Source: a virus
Lineage: Duplodnaviria > Caudoviricetes
Length of the DNA stretch: 59,030 nucleotides
Strand: one strand, 5' to 3'
IMG/VR virus record: IMGVR_UViG_3300043775_003319
Span: 1 to 59,030 of that record
Positions 18,395 to 28,165 of the stretch are shown piece by piece. The position numbers and the translations under genes are program-made. Numbering within the stretch: the first letter of the stretch is position 1; each line of letters opens with the position of its first letter. The notes beneath the pieces were generated by a model, which saw only the letters and a list, made by a program, of their open reading frames with translations, was not told where the DNA came from and ran no database searches.

Positions 18395-18826
18395 ATGGAG
18401 TTTGCTCAAAATTTTAAATTAAAAAGACCAGGTTCTGCAGGATCTTCTTTAGAAGATAAGGTGGCAACTTGTGTAAGTGAACTAATGAATGCATCTACAA
18501 GTTTTCACAAGTTGCATTTAAAAGTATCAGGACTTGGTTCATATGCTCAACATAAAGCATTGAATGAATTATATGATGCACTGCCAGGACATGCTGATGA
18601 TTTAGCAGAAGGATTTCAAGGTGCTGCAGAAAAATTATTAAATTATGAAGATTCTGCTCCAAGAATTTTGAATTCAGTAGAAGAAGCATTATCTTATATG
18701 AGAGAAATTTGTCAAATGATTAATAGTTTACAAGCTGTAATGCCTTACACTGAAATTGTAAATGATCTTGACACAATTAAAAGTACAATGAATAGTATCA
18801 AATACAAGTTACTATTCTTAAAATAA
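18395..18826 (+). CDS. Dps/ferritin-like four-helix protein (DUF5856-like)
   Basis: FHKLHL...SYAQHKALNELYD...DDLAEGFQG...KYKL. Confidence 0.75.
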   Translation: MEFAQNFKLKRPGSAGSSLEDKVATCVSELMNASTSFHKLHLKVSGLGSYAQHKALNELYDALPGHADDLAEGFQGAAEKLLNYEDSAPRILNSVEEALSYMREICQMINSLQAVMPYTEIVNDLDTIKSTMNSIKYKLLFLK

Positions 18827-18857
18827 AATTTTATTATTAACCTAAATAATTTATATT

Positions 18858-20492
18858 ATGTCTTATTTTCCACATGCCTACCAGAAGGCTTTAGTAGCTA
18901 ATTCGTTAGTGTCTTCATCTGGTACAGCAAGTTCTGCTTTAACTGCAGGTCAGCTTGCATTAATTAGTGCTACAACAAACGCGTCTGTTGCATTATCAAC
19001 TTCTTCTCCTGATTATGCTGTGACACCACAAGCGTATTTAGCACAAGGAAGTTTTCACACTGTAGATAAATTGGGACCTTATCATGGAGGTTACAAAGAG
19101 TCTGTAAAATCTAAAGGAATTAATCCTAAGTACATCAGTGCTTTTACTGTGTCTGAACCAAACAACCCTGTTCAAGATATTTTCCAAATATCTGCTACAG
19201 TAGGATGTGCTGTTACATGTAACACTACTTACAGATTAAGATTAGATCTTAAAGGTTCTCCAGCATTACGTTTTTTAACTCACAATGCTTATTACACTTT
19301 AGATGCTAACACAGGATGTTGTGATTCAAGTTCAAACAATGTAGATCCAAACATTGTATTGTTAGGATGGGCAGACAGATTGGCTTTATATCCAACTGTT
19401 AAAGATTTTGTACAAGGAACTGTATGGAATAGAGTATTAATTGCTGGTGGCGTTGCTGCTACTGGTGCTGCATCTGCAGCAGCTGGTATTTTAGGTATGA
19501 GTGACAAAACAGGTATTAATGCTGGTAATAGAGTGATTTTTACTCCAACTACTGCTTCATCTGCTACAGGTTCTACTATTAACGGTAACTTGTTTACTGT
19601 AGGTACAGCTGCTGCTACAGGATTTAGTGTAGGACAAGTGCTTGCTGGAACAGGTGTTGCTGCTGGTACAACTATTGTGTCTTTAGTTTCTGGTGGTGGT
19701 GGTACAGGTTCAACTTTTATAGTTAACATTGCACAATCTGTTGCTTCAACAACTATTACTTCAGCGTCTCCTTTGACTGCGTATGTTGCTGCAACTTACA
19801 CTCCTGGTACAGGTGCTGGTCCAGTACAACTTGCTGCTGCAGCTACTCTTCAAACTCCAAGTGCAACAAATTTAGGTACAATAACAACTGCTTCTCTTAC
19901 TGCTGTTAAAATTTATAATGCAATTAATTCAGCTACGTATGTACCATTAACAGGTGCTCCTTTACCTGATACTGTAGATTCATTCTTTGAAATTGTAGGT
20001 GCTTATGTAGACACTACATTTGGTGATTGTTCTTTCTCTCCTATAGATCACGTAGAATATCAACCAATTGAAATCTATGCGTCTGTTACAGCAATGGATC
20101 CATTAGGAAATCAATGTTTAGCACAGTGTTTTGTACCTGCAGAGGTTCAACAAGCTATTCAAGGTAGAGGTTTTGGTGAAACTCTTATGAGAGAATTAAT
20201 ATTAGCTAAGAGATATCAACAAGAACCATGGCAACAAGATCCACGTTTACGTGAGGTGCTTGATTATAATCCTTTTGGTGAAATCACTCGTGCTAACAAA
20301 TATCTTATTTATAACTTGTTACACAGTGTTCCTCGTAAGAGCAACCCTTCTGGAACAATGGATAATGATCAATATTTGATTAGAATTTTTGTACCTTCAA
20401 CAACAGGTCGTTTGACTGCTCTTGAGCAAGGTATTACTAAATGGTTACAAACTGCTAACAACTACGATTGTACTTTTACAGTATTACCGTAA
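18858..20492 (+). CDS. Abundant structural protein (auxiliary capsid or decoration) with an Ala/Thr/Gly-rich insertion
   Basis: 544 aa with highly expressed codon usage; last gene before a strong terminator. Confidence 0.65.
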   Translation: MSYFPHAYQKALVANSLVSSSGTASSALTAGQLALISATTNASVALSTSSPDYAVTPQAYLAQGSFHTVDKLGPYHGGYKESVKSKGINPKYISAFTVSEPNNPVQDIFQISATVGCAVTCNTTYRLRLDLKGSPALRFLTHNAYYTLDANTGCCDSSSNNVDPNIVLLGWADRLALYPTVKDFVQGTVWNRVLIAGGVAATGAASAAAGILGMSDKTGINAGNRVIFTPTTASSATGSTINGNLFTVGTAAATGFSVGQVLAGTGVAAGTTIVSLVSGGGGTGSTFIVNIAQSVASTTITSASPLTAYVAATYTPGTGAGPVQLAAAATLQTPSATNLGTITTASLTAVKIYNAINSATYVPLTGAPLPDTVDSFFEIVGAYVDTTFGDCSFSPIDHVEYQPIEIYASVTAMDPLGNQCLAQCFVPAEVQQAIQGRGFGETLMRELILAKRYQQEPWQQDPRLREVLDYNPFGEITRANKYLIYNLLHSVPRKSNPSGTMDNDQYLIRIFVPSTTGRLTALEQGITKWLQTANNYDCTFTVLP

Positions 20493-20514
20493 TCATAAAG
20501 TATATAAACATTAT

Positions 20515-20545
20515 AGAGGAAGTATTAATTTACTTCCTCTTTTTG
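20515..20545 (+). terminator. Intrinsic terminator
   Basis: agaggaagta-ttaatt-tacttcctct followed by a T-run. Confidence 0.85.
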
Positions 20546-20563
20546 TTTTATTTAATTTTTTTT

Positions 20564-20580
20564 CGTAAATTCTTATTGTA
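20564..20580 (+). promoter_or_regulatory. Candidate phage promoter motif GTAAATT-n5-(A/T)TGT
   Basis: cgtaaattcttattgta lies right after a terminator; similar copies at 27561, 42354 and 43977. Confidence 0.55.
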
Positions 20581-20606
20581 GTAATGATATTAATACTGAA
20601 TCAGTT

Positions 20607-21191
20607 ATGGCAATTAAACACACATTGGCATTAGATATACCAGAAACAGCATGTGAAAATATTTTAAGAATATGGGATGCTTCTGTATATGGAACAGGAT
20701 TGGAAATAGATTGTCCACGATTAGACATTTATTTACCAGGCTTTTCAATGCCTATATATTATTCAACAGATGATGAATCTGTACCTCCTAAATTATTAGA
20801 ACCAGGATTTGTAAAATCTTTTTCAACTGCTGATTTAGGTATAACTGGTAACGATCAACCTGCAGGAATTTTTCCTGATGGTTTGTACACTATAAGATAC
20901 AGTGTTTCTCCAAATGAAACAGTATATGTTCAATATTATCATTTAAGAACAACACACTTGGTAAATACTTATTACAGAGAAATTTGCAAAGTACAATTGC
21001 AAGCATGCGAACCTACAGCAGAACAACATCAAAAAATGCATGATTTGAGATATATAAAAATGTATGCAGATGCTGCAAAAGCAAAAGCAGAATTTTGTAA
21101 TTCTCCTTTACAAGCTGTAGAAATGTATGAATATGCTGAAAAATTACTTGCTAAATATTTAACAGGGTGTTGTATAACGTGCAATCATTAA
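20607..21191 (+). CDS. Putative structural protein (tail hub-like)
   Basis: 194 aa with FPDGLYTIRYSV and a helical C-terminus ending in Cys residues. Confidence 0.65.
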   Translation: MAIKHTLALDIPETACENILRIWDASVYGTGLEIDCPRLDIYLPGFSMPIYYSTDDESVPPKLLEPGFVKSFSTADLGITGNDQPAGIFPDGLYTIRYSVSPNETVYVQYYHLRTTHLVNTYYREICKVQLQACEPTAEQHQKMHDLRYIKMYADAAKAKAEFCNSPLQAVEMYEYAEKLLAKYLTGCCITCNH

Positions 21192-21209
21192 CTTTAAATA
21201 TATAAACCA

Positions 21210-21365
21210 ATGGCACAATGTAACAACTGTCAAACACAAATATCTTGTGGATGTCAAAAAAGAACAGCATCAAATGGTGTTCAAGTATGTTCTAAATGTA
21301 TTACAACATACGAAGAACATTTAACAGCACTTAAAAATAATCAGAAACTCAACACAAATACGTAA
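21210..21365 (+). CDS. Small Cys-rich protein (51 aa) missed by the ORF track
   Basis: MAQCNNCQTQISCGCQKRTASNGVQVCSKC...; TAATG coupling to the gene at 21365. Confidence 0.75.
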   Translation: MAQCNNCQTQISCGCQKRTASNGVQVCSKCITTYEEHLTALKNNQKLNTNT

Positions 21366-21589
21366 TGGATCCATTAGTTCGAATTAATGAAGTTTTTGCA
21401 CAATCTGTTTATGCAAAATATAAGCAAAAAAGATATGGTTTAAAAAACTGTAGTACTCTTATTAATGCTGATTTTGCAGATGATTTGCGCAATTTATTTA
21501 TTCGTGCTACTGAAATGGAAGATTGCGAATGTATAATGAGTGGATCATGTACATTACCTATAATTAAAGAAAAAATAAATACACTATAA
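21365..21589 (+). CDS. Hypothetical structural-cluster protein
   Basis: 74-aa ORF translationally coupled within the operon. Confidence 0.7.
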   Translation: MDPLVRINEVFAQSVYAKYKQKRYGLKNCSTLINADFADDLRNLFIRATEMEDCECIMSGSCTLPIIKEKINTL

Positions 21590-21590
21590 A

Positions 21591-23213
21591 ATGGGAGTGC
21601 CAGTAAATAATCCAGAATCAAACAGAGAAAACTGTCCTAAAATATCTAGTGCATGTGTTATATGGCAAGGACCAAATATTTCATGTATTAACTTGTGTGC
21701 TGGTGATGCAATTGATGAAGTTGTGTTTAAACTTGCTACTTATCTGTGTGAACTGTCAGAAAACATTTTTAATGTTGATAATATTGATTTTGATTGTTTA
21801 TTAGGTTCCGGGGACACTGCTCCAACAAACTTAGAAGAAACAATACAATTAATGATTAATAATTACTGTAATGTTTCTTCCGCAACACCTTCTTTATTAT
21901 CATCAGCAAGAATAGTTGGTCAAACATCTACTGGAGAATCTTTATTAGAATTACCTACTTGTTTGCAATACAGAGATGATGAAGGAGATCTTGTTTTAGT
22001 ATTACCAGAATCAGAATATGTAGTATATGTTGCTACAAAATTGTGTGAAGTAATTTACGACATAAACACTTTAAAATCAAAAGTTTTAAGTATAGAAACA
22101 GCTCTTGTCACTATGCAAGCAAAATTAAATTCAATGTCTACATTTGACAAAGATATATATGTTGTTTCGCAATGTGCGTCTGATTTTGTACCTAACAGAC
22201 AGATCTTAATACAGGATGCTTTTGTATATTTTGAAAGAAATTATTGTAACTTATCGTCAGCTTTAGGTACAGCAAGCACTATTTATAATGCTATAAATAA
22301 ACAAATTCCAAATTTGTCTAATTTACCTCAGTTAATGAATGCTGATTTATTGATGAGTGCAACGCCAAGTTGGACTAGTAATGTTTCTAATTTAGGTGAA
22401 TCTTTATCAAATATTTGGTTAACAGTTTCAGACATAAGAAGTAAAGTTATTGAAATTGCTAATAATACTTTTGACACACCTTGTATTTTATTACCTCCTG
22501 AAAATTTAGCGATAGGTACAATAGGAGAATATTCAACACAAATTACATGGAATAAAACTTCAGTAGAAAGTGTTATTGCTCCTGATTCATATAGTGTACA
22601 AGTTTTTGCGTTAACAGATACAACATTTAGCACTCCTTTGTTTTCGCAAACACGATCTCAAATTGATGACCAAACTAACACTATGACTATTGCAAGTGAA
22701 AGCATTGATATAGATGTTGAATACATTGTACATGTTAAATCGATATATAAATGTGGCATGTCTAACGCATTAAGTGCTCAGACAAAACTTAGAGCAGCAT
22801 CTGTTCTTTTTTATGTATCTCCTACAATAACAAACGAAACATTAGCTGAAACTATTTGTACTACTATAGAAGGTGATTCTGAACCATACGATCCAGAAAC
22901 AGCAACTGTTGTGTTTACATTATATTCTAAAAGTACATTGTTACCTGTAACTAATAATAGTGGTGTTGCATTAAACATTATTGCAAGATTTAAAATTGAA
23001 AGTTGTGAGTATGGTGACCCTGTTTATGAAGACGTTACTTTTACAATACCAAATGGATCAAGTGTGTCAGCTGAATATACATACATAAATTCTAAATTAA
23101 CTAACTGTGACACAGGGTTATGCGGAGCTTATACAAAAGATTTAGATTGTGGAGTTTATATTTCAAGTCATTTTGTAGAGTTTGAAAGTTCTAAATTAGC
23201 TGTGTGCGATTAA
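21591..23213 (+). CDS. Cys-rich fibre/spike-like protein with an FN3-like domain
   Basis: N-terminal CVIWQGPNISC module, a coiled coil, then PPENL...ITW...YSVQV...YIVHVKSIYKCG. Confidence 0.65.
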   Translation: MGVPVNNPESNRENCPKISSACVIWQGPNISCINLCAGDAIDEVVFKLATYLCELSENIFNVDNIDFDCLLGSGDTAPTNLEETIQLMINNYCNVSSATPSLLSSARIVGQTSTGESLLELPTCLQYRDDEGDLVLVLPESEYVVYVATKLCEVIYDINTLKSKVLSIETALVTMQAKLNSMSTFDKDIYVVSQCASDFVPNRQILIQDAFVYFERNYCNLSSALGTASTIYNAINKQIPNLSNLPQLMNADLLMSATPSWTSNVSNLGESLSNIWLTVSDIRSKVIEIANNTFDTPCILLPPENLAIGTIGEYSTQITWNKTSVESVIAPDSYSVQVFALTDTTFSTPLFSQTRSQIDDQTNTMTIASESIDIDVEYIVHVKSIYKCGMSNALSAQTKLRAASVLFYVSPTITNETLAETICTTIEGDSEPYDPETATVVFTLYSKSTLLPVTNNSGVALNIIARFKIESCEYGDPVYEDVTFTIPNGSSVSAEYTYINSKLTNCDTGLCGAYTKDLDCGVYISSHFVEFESSKLAVCD

Positions 23214-23225
23214 AAAATATAAAAT

Positions 23226-23471
23226 ATGAGTTGTCCTAATCAAGATTGCAATACAGGATGTAATTGCAATAATTGTTGCCCACCTGTTACTCCACCAACA
23301 CCTCCAACACCTCCTGCCTGTGATGGTACAGAATGTGTTGAATTGTATAATGCTGCTTGTATAAATTATACAGGACCTAACATACAATGTTTAGGAATAA
23401 CAACTAATGCAAATTTGAATGATGTAATACAAGCGTTTGCAACAGCATTATGTAATTGCATTGGTAATTAA
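23226..23471 (+). CDS. Small Cys/Pro-rich protein with the shared CxxYTGP module
   Basis: CINYTGPNIQCLGITTN is paralogous to the N-termini of both flanking genes. Confidence 0.75.
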   Translation: MSCPNQDCNTGCNCNNCCPPVTPPTPPTPPACDGTECVELYNAACINYTGPNIQCLGITTNANLNDVIQAFATALCNCIGN

Positions 23472-23496
23472 TAAATTACTAAAAAAAATAAAAAAA

Positions 23497-26136
23497 ATGT
23501 TTCCAAATACGCCATGTCCTGATTGCGATCCTTGTCCTGAACAAGTTGTACCATTACCATTACCTGATTTGTCAGAAATTTTATGTAATATTACATATGA
23601 TTCTACATGTGTAATATACACTGGACCAGATATAGAATGTCTTGGTATTACAACAAACATGACATTTGACGAAATATTTCAAATATTTTGTACTGCTGCA
23701 AACTCTTGTTGTTCTTATCAAGCACCTCAAAATTGTGTTACAAGTGCATGGTCAAGTTGGGGAGAATGTGTTTTAAACAAGGATGAAGATGAATATGAGC
23801 AAATAAGAACAAGAACTGTAATAACACCTGCGTTAAATGGAGGTACTCCTTGTGGACCTTTGATTGAAACAAGAACATGTGCTCCTGTTGAAATGTGTTT
23901 TACATTTGGTTCAGGATTATGTTACGATGATCAAGTTACACAATTAACAGTTGCTCCTGAAGGTATTATAAATGGTAAACCTTATTATGTTTTACAAAAT
24001 CCAAGCGGTGATCTTTGTGAATACGTTTATTATGTTTGGTTTAATTCATCAAATAATAAATGGCATTGTAGTCCAACAGAAGCTGTTGCAAGTATAACAG
24101 ACTCAACTTTAAATAACAATTCAAATCAGTATCCTGTTAGTAACAATACAACACAATTATGGGTTAATAATAATCCTGTAGAATATAGTTATTTATTGTT
24201 TTCGCAATTAAATACATGTTCTAATCCTGCTGTATGTTTTAATATTATATTAGAACCTGATAATGTTTCGTATCCACATGAATATTTTGTAAATGCTAAT
24301 CCTTCATTTTTATTTAACGATTCTAAATATCCTGTTTATAACTTTAAAGTATTAGTTGATTCTGAAGAACAAGATATAACTATTTATTATGACAATGAAC
24401 AATCAAAATGGATTGCTAATATTAATGAACAAGAAGTAGCAGAATTAAATGCTACAACATTTTATCCTATAGGTACGTGGACACATTTGTCAGGTGAGGA
24501 AAATTATATAAAAACATCATCTTTTAATAGTTGTGTTCAACCTCCAGATGTTGATTGTGTACTTTCTTGCGGAAACTGGTCAGCATGTGTAGGAGGTACA
24601 AGAACTCGTACATGTATTGTTGCAACACCTGCTTCTGGAAATGGTGAACCTTGTGGTGAACTAATTCAAACTGAAACATGTAGTACACCTTCTTGTAATC
24701 CTGTTAGAAACGTTGTTGTAACTCTTTCAGAAGATTATATAGTTATAACTTTTGATGAAAACATTGATGCACAGGAATACACAATTGTTTATACTACAGA
24801 TAACTGGGTTACAGAAACAGAGGTTACTGTCACAGAATCTCCATACAGTATTCCTTATAAATGTGGTGAATCATATGAAGGATATATTTCTGTATTGTGT
24901 GACAACGATATAGTAAGCAGTCAAGTAACGTTTAATATTAAAACACCAAATTGTCCGCCTCGTTCTTTAATTGGAGGATTTGGCATAGCAATACCTGCTG
25001 GAAATACTGTAGCATTAGATCAGCTTTTTAGCACAACTCTTCAGTTACCAAACTTAAATGTAGGTTCAGGTTCTGTTTTAAAAATGATAAGTATTCCTAA
25101 TGGATATATTTGCGCAGGAGAATTTTCTCAAGTTTTTATTGGTAATTCTTCACCTGTAACTGTTAACAGTATTGTACTTTTAAATGTAGATTTTACAATA
25201 AACAGTACTTTTTTTGGTTCAGGTTTTCAACAAAATACATCTCCTGGTATAATTTATGAACTGTATTACGACAGAAACACAGATCGTATATACGTTGGCG
25301 GCACATTTAATAAATACAAAGGCTCAGCGTGCACACCAAACTTTGTAGTTTTAAAAGCGTCATCAGGAAATATTGATAATACTTTTGCAGCAAATACTTA
25401 TGGTGCAGAAAATCAAAATGGAACACCTGCTATTAAAGCTATTACTGTTGATTCAAGTGGTGATGTGTGGGTTGGTGGTGAATTTACAAAAATGAATAAT
25501 AATATTAAACTACGATATTTGTGTAGATTTGATACTTATGGTGCAGTTGATAATGATTTGTACACAGGTATAAGTTTTCATTATTCTGTGGATCCTAGTT
25601 CAACTTCTATAAATACCATATTAACAGATAATCTTAATAATGCGTATGTAGGAGGGACCTTTAATTATTACGATACAATACCTTCACTTCAACATGGTCT
25701 TATTAAATTATTAAATAATGGTAGTTTAGACACGAGTTTTAGTACTGGTGTAATGAACTATAGTGGTTCATGTGCAGCACCTTCTGTAAACAAGTTAATA
25801 TTTCACAATTCAAGAATATTAGTAGGTGGTAATTTTATTACATACAATGGCACACAAGTTCCTGGATTTTTAAGAATAGACACAAGAGGTAATTTGGATT
25901 CTACATTTACTATTTTAAATCATACAGGACAAAGTTGTTCTGAAGTGTTTGAAATTGTAAGCAAAAACAATAAAATTTACATTGGTACAACTTATTTATC
26001 GTATGGAACAAATACTAAAAGATTATATTACGTTTTAAATTCTAATGGAGATTTGGATCCTAGTGTTAACAATACTGTTACAATACAATCTACAGCGAGT
26101 TATTACGGAATAAAATCTATTTTAATAGTACCTTAA
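23497..26136 (+). CDS. Modular fibre/adhesin-like protein: Cys module, two TSP1-like repeats, FN3-like domain, delta-60-type beta-propeller
   Basis: WSSWGEC...RTRTV...GGTPC occurs twice in related form; repeated (I/V)xVGGxF...GxLDxxF blades; start moved to the ATG at 23497. Confidence 0.75.
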   Translation: MFPNTPCPDCDPCPEQVVPLPLPDLSEILCNITYDSTCVIYTGPDIECLGITTNMTFDEIFQIFCTAANSCCSYQAPQNCVTSAWSSWGECVLNKDEDEYEQIRTRTVITPALNGGTPCGPLIETRTCAPVEMCFTFGSGLCYDDQVTQLTVAPEGIINGKPYYVLQNPSGDLCEYVYYVWFNSSNNKWHCSPTEAVASITDSTLNNNSNQYPVSNNTTQLWVNNNPVEYSYLLFSQLNTCSNPAVCFNIILEPDNVSYPHEYFVNANPSFLFNDSKYPVYNFKVLVDSEEQDITIYYDNEQSKWIANINEQEVAELNATTFYPIGTWTHLSGEENYIKTSSFNSCVQPPDVDCVLSCGNWSACVGGTRTRTCIVATPASGNGEPCGELIQTETCSTPSCNPVRNVVVTLSEDYIVITFDENIDAQEYTIVYTTDNWVTETEVTVTESPYSIPYKCGESYEGYISVLCDNDIVSSQVTFNIKTPNCPPRSLIGGFGIAIPAGNTVALDQLFSTTLQLPNLNVGSGSVLKMISIPNGYICAGEFSQVFIGNSSPVTVNSIVLLNVDFTINSTFFGSGFQQNTSPGIIYELYYDRNTDRIYVGGTFNKYKGSACTPNFVVLKASSGNIDNTFAANTYGAENQNGTPAIKAITVDSSGDVWVGGEFTKMNNNIKLRYLCRFDTYGAVDNDLYTGISFHYSVDPSSTSINTILTDNLNNAYVGGTFNYYDTIPSLQHGLIKLLNNGSLDTSFSTGVMNYSGSCAAPSVNKLIFHNSRILVGGNFITYNGTQVPGFLRIDTRGNLDSTFTILNHTGQSCSEVFEIVSKNNKIYIGTTYLSYGTNTKRLYYVLNSNGDLDPSVNNTVTIQSTASYYGIKSILIVP

Positions 26137-26176
26137 TATTAAATGTTTAGTTTGTTGGTTTTCTAAACATTGAGAC

Positions 26177-26212
26177 ACCCTCTTGTAAAAAAAACAGGAG
26201 GGTTGTTCTTTT
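26177..26212 (+). terminator. Intrinsic terminator
   Basis: accctcttgt-a7-acaggagggt followed by tgttctttt. Confidence 0.75.
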
Positions 26213-26223
26213 AATAAAAACCG

Positions 26224-26231
26224 TATATTTG
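26224..26231 (+). promoter_or_regulatory. Bacteroidota-type -7 promoter element
   Basis: TATATTTG directly after a terminator and about 20 nt before the ATG at 26253. Confidence 0.6.
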
Positions 26232-26252
26232 TATAACTTTAAATCATGTATT

Positions 26253-27521
26253 ATGAACTTAATTGCAAAACAAGTTTATCAAGGACTAAAAAGAAAAAGA
26301 TCTAACCAGGAAGAAGCGTTGAGATTAAAACTGTCTTTATCAGATTATAAAACAATCAAAAAAGAAGTCACCAATACAATATATAATCTTGAAGATAACA
26401 CTGAAATTAACGATGAGTTATTTCTAAAAATTGAAAATAGAATTATAAAGTCAAAAAAAGAAGTTTCGAAAGTGACGGAAGTACATCATAATGAAGAATC
26501 TGGCACGCGTAAAATTACAGGTGTATCTTTGACAGAACCAAAAACACCTGATGAAATTATTTCATTATTAAAGATTGATGTAACAAAATGGAAGTTGTCA
26601 CAGTTTTGGAATAAAGAGCAAAATGATAAATGGTTAATATCAGCACTGATTACAAAACTACCAGAAGCACAAGTTATACAACAATCTTTTTTACAACAAC
26701 TTTCAAGTTATACATTACCTAGTTATACAAGCATTAACCCTGTACACTTAAATTCAGACTCATCTGAAAAAGTGTGCGGGGTTATTTCATTACAAGATTT
26801 ACACTTTGGAAAACCAGGTAATGAAAACATGGGTGAAATAATGGATAAAGCATTACTTTATCTGGTAGGTAAAGCATATAAGAATTATTATTTATCAAAA
26901 ATAATATTAATTGTTGGTCCGGATACACTTAACATGGACACTTTTGACGGAACAACTACAAAAGGAACACCTGTAGAAAACTCAGAAGTCGCGACTAAAG
27001 CGTATTTAAAAGCATTTGATGCAGTATGTAATGGTATCAATAAACTTAAACAGTTTTGTGACAACCTTGAAGTGGTGTTTGTACCTGGAAATCATGACAG
27101 ATTATCTTCTTATCATATGATTCATGCAACATCTCAAGTTTTTCGACATGATGATAATATAACATTTAATGTTGATTACGCAGAACGTAAAGTAATTGTT
27201 TATGGTAAAAACATGATTGCTGTAGAACATGGTGATGTATCATCTAAAAACAATCCTTTAGTGTATGCTGTAGAATTTCCTAAAGAATGGGGAACGTCTA
27301 CACATCGTATTTTATATACAGGACATTATCATGGTAGAAAAACAAAAGAAGTTATTACAGAAAATGAAGAACAAGGATTTGTGACAAGAATTATTCCTGC
27401 GTTAACTTCTTCAGATTATTATCATTATCATAATAAATGGACAGGTAATCAAAGATCTGCAATTATGCATATTCATCATGAAAACAAAGGTTTGATATGT
27501 GAATTTGTATACACAGTATAA
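26253..27521 (+). CDS. Calcineurin-like metallophosphoesterase
   Basis: DLHFG, GPD, PGNHD, EHGD and GHYH motifs in canonical order. Confidence 0.88.
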   Translation: MNLIAKQVYQGLKRKRSNQEEALRLKLSLSDYKTIKKEVTNTIYNLEDNTEINDELFLKIENRIIKSKKEVSKVTEVHHNEESGTRKITGVSLTEPKTPDEIISLLKIDVTKWKLSQFWNKEQNDKWLISALITKLPEAQVIQQSFLQQLSSYTLPSYTSINPVHLNSDSSEKVCGVISLQDLHFGKPGNENMGEIMDKALLYLVGKAYKNYYLSKIILIVGPDTLNMDTFDGTTTKGTPVENSEVATKAYLKAFDAVCNGINKLKQFCDNLEVVFVPGNHDRLSSYHMIHATSQVFRHDDNITFNVDYAERKVIVYGKNMIAVEHGDVSSKNNPLVYAVEFPKEWGTSTHRILYTGHYHGRKTKEVITENEEQGFVTRIIPALTSSDYYHYHNKWTGNQRSAIMHIHHENKGLICEFVYTV

Positions 27522-27584
27522 TATAATTGGACAAATATTTTAATATGTTCTTATTTTTTAGTAAATTCTTAATGTAAATAGTTT

Positions 27585-28157
27585 ATGAATAAACCAAACT
27601 TAAATGCACCACGATTCAGAAAAATGACAGATGGTACATTAAATACAGATTTTATAAAGACGTTGAAAGAAAAGGTTCCATCGTCTGCTAATTTTACAAA
27701 TCAGCAAATAAAATCTATAGTGAGCACTTTTAATAAAAATATGTGGAGCTCTGTGATTGACAAACGTGATGGTGTTGAACTGCCTGAACAAATCGGACAT
27801 TTGTTTATTGGTACATGTCCGCCTCCAAAAAAGAAAAATATTGACTTTAAAGCAAGTGAAGAATATTTACAAGTAGTGCAACATAGAAATTATGAAAGCG
27901 ACCAGTATCTTGCAAAGATATTTTTTACAACGTTTGGAAGTAAATATAGATTTAAAAATCATGAGTTATGGGCGTTTGATGCAACACGTGAATTTAGTAG
28001 AACGGTAAGTGCTACGTATCCTGAAAACTGGAAAAAATATTTACAGATTGATCCAAAGGTAAAAATATCAAACATTTATAAATCAGACATTTACAAGTTA
28101 GAAAAAAAAGAACAAGAACAAGAACTTCTCGAATATTATGATGAGTTCGATATATAA
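27585..28157 (+). CDS. IHF/HU-like protein of the crAss-like tail module
   Basis: IKSIVSTFN...DGVELPEQIGHLFI; positioned before the tubular proteins. Confidence 0.6.
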   Translation: MNKPNLNAPRFRKMTDGTLNTDFIKTLKEKVPSSANFTNQQIKSIVSTFNKNMWSSVIDKRDGVELPEQIGHLFIGTCPPPKKKNIDFKASEEYLQVVQHRNYESDQYLAKIFFTTFGSKYRFKNHELWAFDATREFSRTVSATYPENWKKYLQIDPKVKISNIYKSDIYKLEKKEQEQELLEYYDEFDI

Positions 28158-28165
28158 ATAAAATT

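Noticed and set aside
19292-19729. 145-aa antisense ORF, and similar ones such as 50429..51100 and 49082..49504
   Set aside because: These are shadows of biased codon usage in long plus-strand genes.
23437-23496. Upstream start or frameshift fusion linking 23226..23471 with the next gene
   Set aside because: Each gene has its own copy of the N-terminal module, and an A-rich leader precedes the ATG at 23497, so independent initiation is simpler.
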